Origin: Camelus ferus
Lineage: Eukaryota
Direction: 5' to 3'
Length of the DNA stretch: 64,000 nt
Assembly (NCBI RefSeq): GCF_009834535.1
Contig: NC_045704.1
Coordinates: 9,486,001 to 9,550,000 of the forward strand
The notes below the pieces were generated by a model, which saw only the letters and a list, made by a program, of their open reading frames with translations, searched no databases and was not told the origin of the DNA. Numbering within the stretch: position 1 is the first letter of the stretch; each line of letters starts with the position of its first letter. The translations under genes and the position numbers were made by a program. Below are positions 58,201 to 64,000 of this stretch, in pieces.

Positions 58201-61200
58201 GTGAGAGGCCGTGAAACGTCCCACCGTGGCTGCGGGTTTTCTTCTTGTCGTTGAATCAGTTGTTGTGTTACATACTTCAAGGCCGGGTTACTTGGCGCAT
58301 CTGTCTTTTAAGTTGTTGCAGGACGTACTCCCTCCCATCCTCTCCTGCATCTTGTCTGCTTCTGACTGACAGGAATGTCGGAGTAGCGGGTTCCGCTTCT
58401 TCAGGTGCCCTGCTCTCTGCTTTCTCTCTCTCCCTCGTGTGATGTTGTCCTGTATTTTTGGTATGAAAGTGGAGTTCAGGTGAATCCCTCCATCTCTGCT
58501 CACCTCTGAGTGATGAATTTTTGGGAAGGTTTCCCTGTAGGGAACTTAGGATGACCGCTGACAGCTCCAGGCTCATGTCCTGGCTGCTTCCCTTGTTTCG
58601 GAGGTGGAGTGCCTTGTCCTCTGTAGTTCCAGTGGAAGCCCTGGGTCTGACACTCACTGGGCCACCTTCCACACCTGTCCATCCCAGGGCCAATTCCTGC
58701 AGCAAGGGGGTTGGGACGCTGTGAATGGTCAGGCCCAGTGATGTGCCCAGTCCCAGAGGGAGTGCCCTCCTCTGCCCATGGCTTCCACCCCGGAGTCTGA
58801 GGTGGCTGCTTCAGCTCCTGCCATTGCCTCTGCATCCCAGCCAGCAGGAAGAAGGAGAGGGCAAAGGGAGCAAACCTCCATTCCTTTTGAAAAAACAGTC
58901 CAGAAGTGGCATACACTGTTAACATCCCATTTGCCAGACCCTACTTAGCTGGCCGTTCTTGGCTGTGAGGGAGACTGGGAGGTTCTACTTCAGCCGGGTG
59001 GCCGTATGACCCACTGAAAGCGGGGTGCCATTATTACAGGCGGAAGGAAGGATCGATGTCCATGGGCAGCCTCATTCTCTGCAGCAGGACTGAGACATTT
59101 TGGTTGTTCCCTGACTTAAGAGATACTCACTGACCATAATTTCATTTCTGCCCCTCAGTATGTGTTTGTGTTCACAACCAGATCTGTTGATTGGCTTTTT
59201 TGGTTTTGTTATTAATTTTATTCTATATTCTGTATAACTTTAAGTACATAAAGGTTTATTTCCACAGGCCTCAGGAAGTGAGTAGAAGTCAGGACAATCT
59301 CTTCCCACCAAAAAAAAGTTGCATATTTTGGTAAAGTGTTTGTCCGAGAGGGAAAAGCTGGAATTTACATTAGTAATGTTGTGCTGATTGGATTTTGGAA
59401 AGAATGTAGCCGGCATTCTCCTGGTTAAAGATAGGTGGCAGAGTAGAAGTGTGTATTTATACTTGACGCTATTCACTCAGCACTTGCTAAGCACCTGCTG
59501 AATGTCTTTTGGGTGCTGTGCTTACAGCAGCAAATAGGATGGATCTGGGCCCACGTGCAGTTCACAGCCTCGTCGGGGAGACAGACAAGTGACCCAGGAA
59601 GCAGGTCACATCCCAGGGCCCTAAGTGCTTGGAGAGGGGTCTTCCCCTCCACACGGGTGACGTGGGGCTGGATGACCCTGGGTGGCCATCCTGTTCCCAC
59701 CAGGATGTTGTGCAGCATCCGTGACCTTCACCTACCAGATGCCCGAGCCATACCCCGCCACAGTCACGGCAGCCAGGCACCTCTCTGGACATCGCCCAGT
59801 GTCCCCTGGGGTTCAGCGTCATCCCCACTTGATAACTACTGGCCTTGAGGGACAGAAACAGGGCAGTGGGAGAAGGCGAGTGCAGAGGGGGGAGTCCCTC
59901 CGTGAGGATGGGCCCCTCTGTGACCGCTGAGGGAGTGGCTGCAAGAAATGCCGAGACGCCCCGAGAACACTCATCGGGCAGAGAGAATGGGGGCCTGAGG
60001 TGGGCGCGTGCTCGGGGAAGTAGCAGGGTGCCCAGCACGGCTGGGGCAGAGTCAGCTCCGACGAGCTTTTGTGTAAAAAGGTTCTTTACAAGACACCTCA
60101 TCTCCCCATCTTCCCCTCCTTGCTTTAGCTCTTCCTCACTGACCCAACCTCAATCCAGCCCTCTGAGAGCAGACACGTCTGCCCTAAACTGAGTTCCCAG
60201 AACTGCCCTGGACTTCTAACCAGACTGAGTGGTCCGACGTGGTGAATATCCCCCCGGAATCGTCTGAGCCCGGGGTTCTGTCTCCTGACTGGTCACATTT
60301 GGACCAGATGGGTCCTCACCATGGGGCGGTCCTCTGCCCTGTAGGGTGGCTGGCAGCTTCCCTGGCACCCACCCCTAAGTTATGACAACCAGAAACCTCT
60401 CCAGACATGGCCAGGTGCCCACATGGCAGTGCCTCCCTGTTCGAGAACTGCTGCTCTGAGCCTGGGTTCCTGCGTACAGCGCTGCCCCTAGGCCACCCCT
60501 TCTGGGGTCTCATCCTTTCCTTAGGCTTGGGCGCTGTGGAACCCCCAGCCCCACCTACTCCGGGGCTGTCCCACAACCAGGGGTGACTGTCAAAAGAGTT
60601 CACCCCTACAGGTACAAGGAGCGGGGTTCCAGAGGCCACCTGATGGGCCAGGGGAGGGGTCAGAGCCAGGGGAAGAGGGGGTCACTTTGCAGGGGGTGGT
60701 GCTCGGGGCAGTGGCTCTTTACCACGTGGCGGGTTGTTTCCGGTACTGTCACAGCTGGTATTGCCACCACAGCACGGCTGGCTGACATCAGCCCTTGGCC
60801 CAGAGCCCCTGTATTGGTCCTTGACCCGAGCCTCCCTGGCCCCCAGGCTGCTCCTTCAGGCTGGCTACGACCCGGAGCTGCGGGATGGGGACGGCTGGAC
60901 CCCCCTGCACGCCGCGGCCCACTGGGGCGTGGAGGACGCCTGCCGCCTGCTGGCGGAGCACGGTGGGGGCATGGACTCGCTGACCCACGCGGTGAGGGCC
61001 AGGCTGGGGCGCCCGGGGCCGGCGGGCTGGGAGGGCCCCCACAACTCCTCCTCATCGGCCCTTCTCCCCCTGCCCACCCAGGGGCAGCGACCCTGTGACC
61101 TGGCAGATGAGGAGGTGCTGAGCCTGCTGGAGGAGCTGGCCCGGAAGCAGGAGGACGTGAGTCTCTGGTAGCTGGCCGGGCCGGGCCGGGGCACCTGCCC

Positions 61201-64000
61201 TTCCCTGGCTAGTGACGGGCCCAGTGGAGAGCCCTGAGGAAGGGCACAGCTGGGTCCTGGGGAGAGGCGGGGCCTGGGGCCCAGATGGGGGTGGTCTATC
61301 CGGGCTTGGGCCGGGCCTCGTCACCCCTGGGATGCCCTCCAGTCAGCACTGGACCAGGCATTGTTGCTGGAAAATCTCAGAGTGAGGGGGTGAATGGTGT
61401 GGACTCAGGGTCTGAACCCTGGGCTGCCATGGATTTGCAGTGTGAGCTGTGTGAAAACGGCAGGCCGGGAACTGATGCCTGTTGGGAGCAGTGCCTGAGA
61501 GAGAGCCTTAAGGGAGGAGGCAGGGGTTGCCAGCCCGTGGTCTGGGTGTGCTGAAGGGTCTGGGAGACGTTTGGGCAGGTCGCCCCTGGGAGGTAGAGGG
61601 ACCCCTCTGGGGACAGGATTGGAGGCCAGGAAGCTTGGAGGCCCTTGGAAGCAGGAGACCCAGGGCGCCGATGGTAGGAAAACTTGAATGAGTCCGCAGA
61701 TTTCCCCCCACCCGGCCCCTCCCATCTGGGGAACCAGAGACCTGAGGACCTGTAGTCGGAGCATCGAGTTAGGCACGACCAGCAGGGCTGTGCCTGTAGC
61801 CCTCAGTGTTGGGGGCATGGGACCCAGGAGGGTCCATGTGTTGTGTCCCTCCCCAGCAGCCCCTTCTCCCTTGCAGCTACGGAACCAAAAGGAAGCCTCC
61901 CAGAGCAGGGGCCAGGAGTCCCAGGTGCCCTCCAGCAGCAAACACCGAAGGTAGGGAGGGGTGCCTGGAGGGTAGGTGGTCTGGAGGCTCCATGGGGTTT
62001 GGCCCCCAACACCTCCCCTTTCCACCAGGAGCTCCGTATGTCGTCTGAGCAGCCGTGAGAAGATCTCCCTCCAGGACTTGTCCAAGGAGCGCCGGCCTGG
62101 AGGGGCGGGGGGGCTCCCCATCCGGGATGAGGATGAGGGAGAAGAAGGCCCTTCAGGTGAGGGGCTGGGGGCCTGGGTTCCTGAATCTGGAGAGGATGGG
62201 GCTGGGGGCCTGGACCCCTGGGTGTGAGGGAGGAGGGGCTGGGGGCTGGACTCCTGGGTCCGAGAGAGGAGGGGCTGAGGGCCTGGACCCCTGGGGCTGA
62301 AGGAGGAGGAGCTGGTTCTCAGAGGCAGCTGGCATATTCCTGTGACCTCTCCCCCTTCTTGCACCATAGAGTACCCCTCTGCAGAATCCAGAACCCTCAA
62401 CGGGGTCTCCTCCCCGCCACTCTCTAGCCCCAAGAGCCCTACGGTGAGTCTGGGTGTCCTGAGGCCATGCTAGGCCGGGAGGCTTACTGCATGCCTCCAG
62501 GCAGGGCAGGGAGGGCGAAGACTACATTTCCCAGAATCCTTAGCACAGCGGACTGCCTTTTCCTGGCTGCACCTGCCCCATAGTTGTAGTTCCTTGTGGT
62601 CCCTTTGGAGGTAACACTTGAAGTTCCTGAGAAGAGGGACCCTTTCTCTGTGACTGACACCTTTCTTTTCTCCAGACCCCAGAAGAGGTCACCTTCTCCA
62701 GGCGCTTTGGCCTCCAGAAGACGGGGAGCTCTGGTGCCCTAGGTCCCGCAGATAGGCAGGGGGCTGGGGGCGCCCCTGCAGCTGGGCTGCAGCGCTCAGC
62801 CTCCTCCTCGCGGCTGGAGGGAACCTCCATTCAGGTGAGCAGGGTGATGGGCAGGGGACCAGACCCTGCCCAGTCATGGAGACTAGTCCCCCTCCTTTCC
62901 TCTCTCTCCAGGCCAGGGAGCCCCGTCTTGCCAGAATTACCCCCACACCCTCACGGAATGTGCCAGAGTCCTCTGCCCCGTGAGTATTCAGGGTCCCCTG
63001 GGCCCCTCTCGGGGGCGGGAGGCAGGTCCAGGTACCAGTCTTGTCTGCATGATCCTGGGGAAGGCCATTTGCTCTCTGGGGTCTGGTCCCTGCCTCCCCC
63101 AACTCTTGGTCTTAGTTTCCCTTTTGGTACACTTCCAAGGCCACGGTGATCTGGCCCCCGTTCCCCCCGCCTCCTCCCACTCACCCTTTCTGACACAGGC
63201 AGGCTCCGGCCCAGACCTTCGCTGCAGCTCCCCCCTCACACCCACAGGGCTTCCTTCCTCCCTCCCTCAGGTCTGTGTGAATGTCAGCTTCTCGGTGAGC
63301 GCAGCAGCAGCCAGACACGCACCCCTCCTGCCTCCTGTCCTTGCTCTTTTTTTTTTTTTCTCCAGAGGGCTTGACTCTCCTGATGTAGTACGTGATGTTC
63401 TAGTCTTTTTGTGGCTATTGTTTTGCATCTTTTTTGCCCAGATTTGAGTCATCGGGGCAGAGATCATTTCTTTCTTTTGCTCGCTGCTGTGTCTGGTGCC
63501 TGCCACGTAATGCATGCGAGCTTGAGTAACATTTGCTGAATGAATGAATTCACACAGGTCTGAGATCTCCAGGCGGCTGCCTCCTTTGAATGACTCCACT
63601 CCTCCCTCCAGGATTCCGGAGCCCCAGTCCCCAGTGAAGCCCAATGCCCCCGTAGTCACTGCAGCGCCCCCAGCGGACTCCCGGGACCGCCGGAGGTGAG
63701 GTGAAGAGGGAGTGGGAGGCCGCCGTCTCCGCAGCGGGGAGGAAAATACATTTCCCAGGAGTCCCCGGTCCTGTGAGGGTGGCTCCCAAGGGACAGTGTG
63801 TCCCACGGTTGGGGGAGTTGAAGTCCTCTGGCACAATGTGACTCCCTGAGAGTGTCGGCCATGGGACAGGGCAGGGTCCAAGGGAACCCTCCCTGAGGTC
63901 GGGGGCCCTTCACTCAGGTCCTACCAGATGCCTGTGCGGGATGAGGAGTCTGAATCCCAGCGCAAAGCTCGCTCTCGCCTCATGCGCCAGTCTCGGAGGT
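46240..64000 (+). CDS. PPP1R12C: Protein phosphatase 1 regulatory subunit 12C (MBS85), 5' part; runs off the window end
   Basis: Exons 46240-46560, 50764-50894, 50979-51097, 57204-57363, 60847-60991, 61082-61156, 61877-61950, 62029-62156, 62370-62443, 62676-62834, 62912-62979, 63558-63695, 63918->64000 are in frame. They encode the MyPhoNE-like RREQLRRW, the RVxF-type RTVRF, ankyrin repeats (GWTPLHVAA, GWTPLHAAAHWG) and RKARSRLMRQSRR. Confidence 0.97.
48733..48840. mobile_element. Second MER96-like MITE
   Basis: GGTGACCAGTG...GGTTTTAACACTGAAAGTCCC...CCCGGGACAGCTGCTCAC. Confidence 0.6.
49085..49170 (+). repeat. MSR1-like units in PPP1R12C intron 1
   Basis: CCTGGACCCCTGGGTCTGAGGGAGGAGGGGCTGGTGCCTGGA. 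Confidence 0.75.
49882..50338. other. Assembly gap (N run)
   Basis: 457 N; sequence resumes with the MSR1-like GGTCTGAGGGAAGG. Confidence 1.
53560..54090 (+). mobile_element. L1M 3' fragment (others at about 52270-52500, 55190-55440 and 58060-58450)
   Basis: CAGCAGCATTGTTCACAGTAGCAAAAGG...CTGGAGATGGATGGTGATGGTGG...AAAAATGGTTAAGATGGTAAATT. Confidence 0.75.
57650..57964 (+). mobile_element. Tigger1a-type non-autonomous mariner element
   Basis: CAGGCCTGCCTCG...TTACAAATTGAAGGTTTGTTGCAACCCTGCATTGTCAGATGATGG...GAGGGCTGCCTGTA. Confidence 0.8.
60320..60460 (-). mobile_element. MER20 fragment
   Basis: GTTATGACAACCAGAAACCTCTCCAGACATGGCCAGGTGCCC...GAGAACTGCTG. Confidence 0.65.
62158..62310 (+). repeat. 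MSR1-like array in PPP1R12C intron 8
   Basis: Four units, for example GGGGCTGGGGGCCTGGACCCCTGGGTGTGAGGGAGGA. Confidence 0.85.

Noticed and set aside
61405-62433. 342-aa antisense ORF
   Set aside because: Reverse-strand shadow of GC-rich exons and MSR1-like repeats, with no recognisable domain.

Overview
Mammalian genomic DNA, most likely a camelid (five tRNA-Ala-derived Vic-1-type SINEs), syntenic with human 19q13.42. Six intron-containing genes lie head-to-tail on the + strand: the 3' half of PTPRH, complete SYT5, DNAAF3, TNNI3 and TNNT1, and the 5' two-thirds of PPP1R12C (the AAVS1 locus). Exons were read manually from GT/AG boundaries, frame continuity and recalled ortholog sequences. The draft assembly has four N gaps. 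I found no new protein-coding system and no prokaryotic features; the long ORFs in the track are exon fragments, L1 remnants or GC-rich shadows. The main points for follow-up are: (1) an apparent +1 frameshift in DNAAF3 exon 7, together with a weak GAG acceptor, a potentially frame-rescuing upstream acceptor and an early stop; (2) about 12 ZNF143/THAP11-type motifs packed into the PPP1R12C promoter; (3) a recognisable ortholog of the AAV Rep-binding/nicking site and of the AAVS1 editing site; (4) a near-perfect CTCF motif just downstream of the alternative TNNT1 exon 5; (5) an RE1 site plus a triple RFX X-box cluster at SYT5; (6) MSR1-like minisatellite arrays throughout; (7) strongly AT-to-GC-shifted old transposons. 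All ortholog and repeat-consensus comparisons are from memory, not from database searches.
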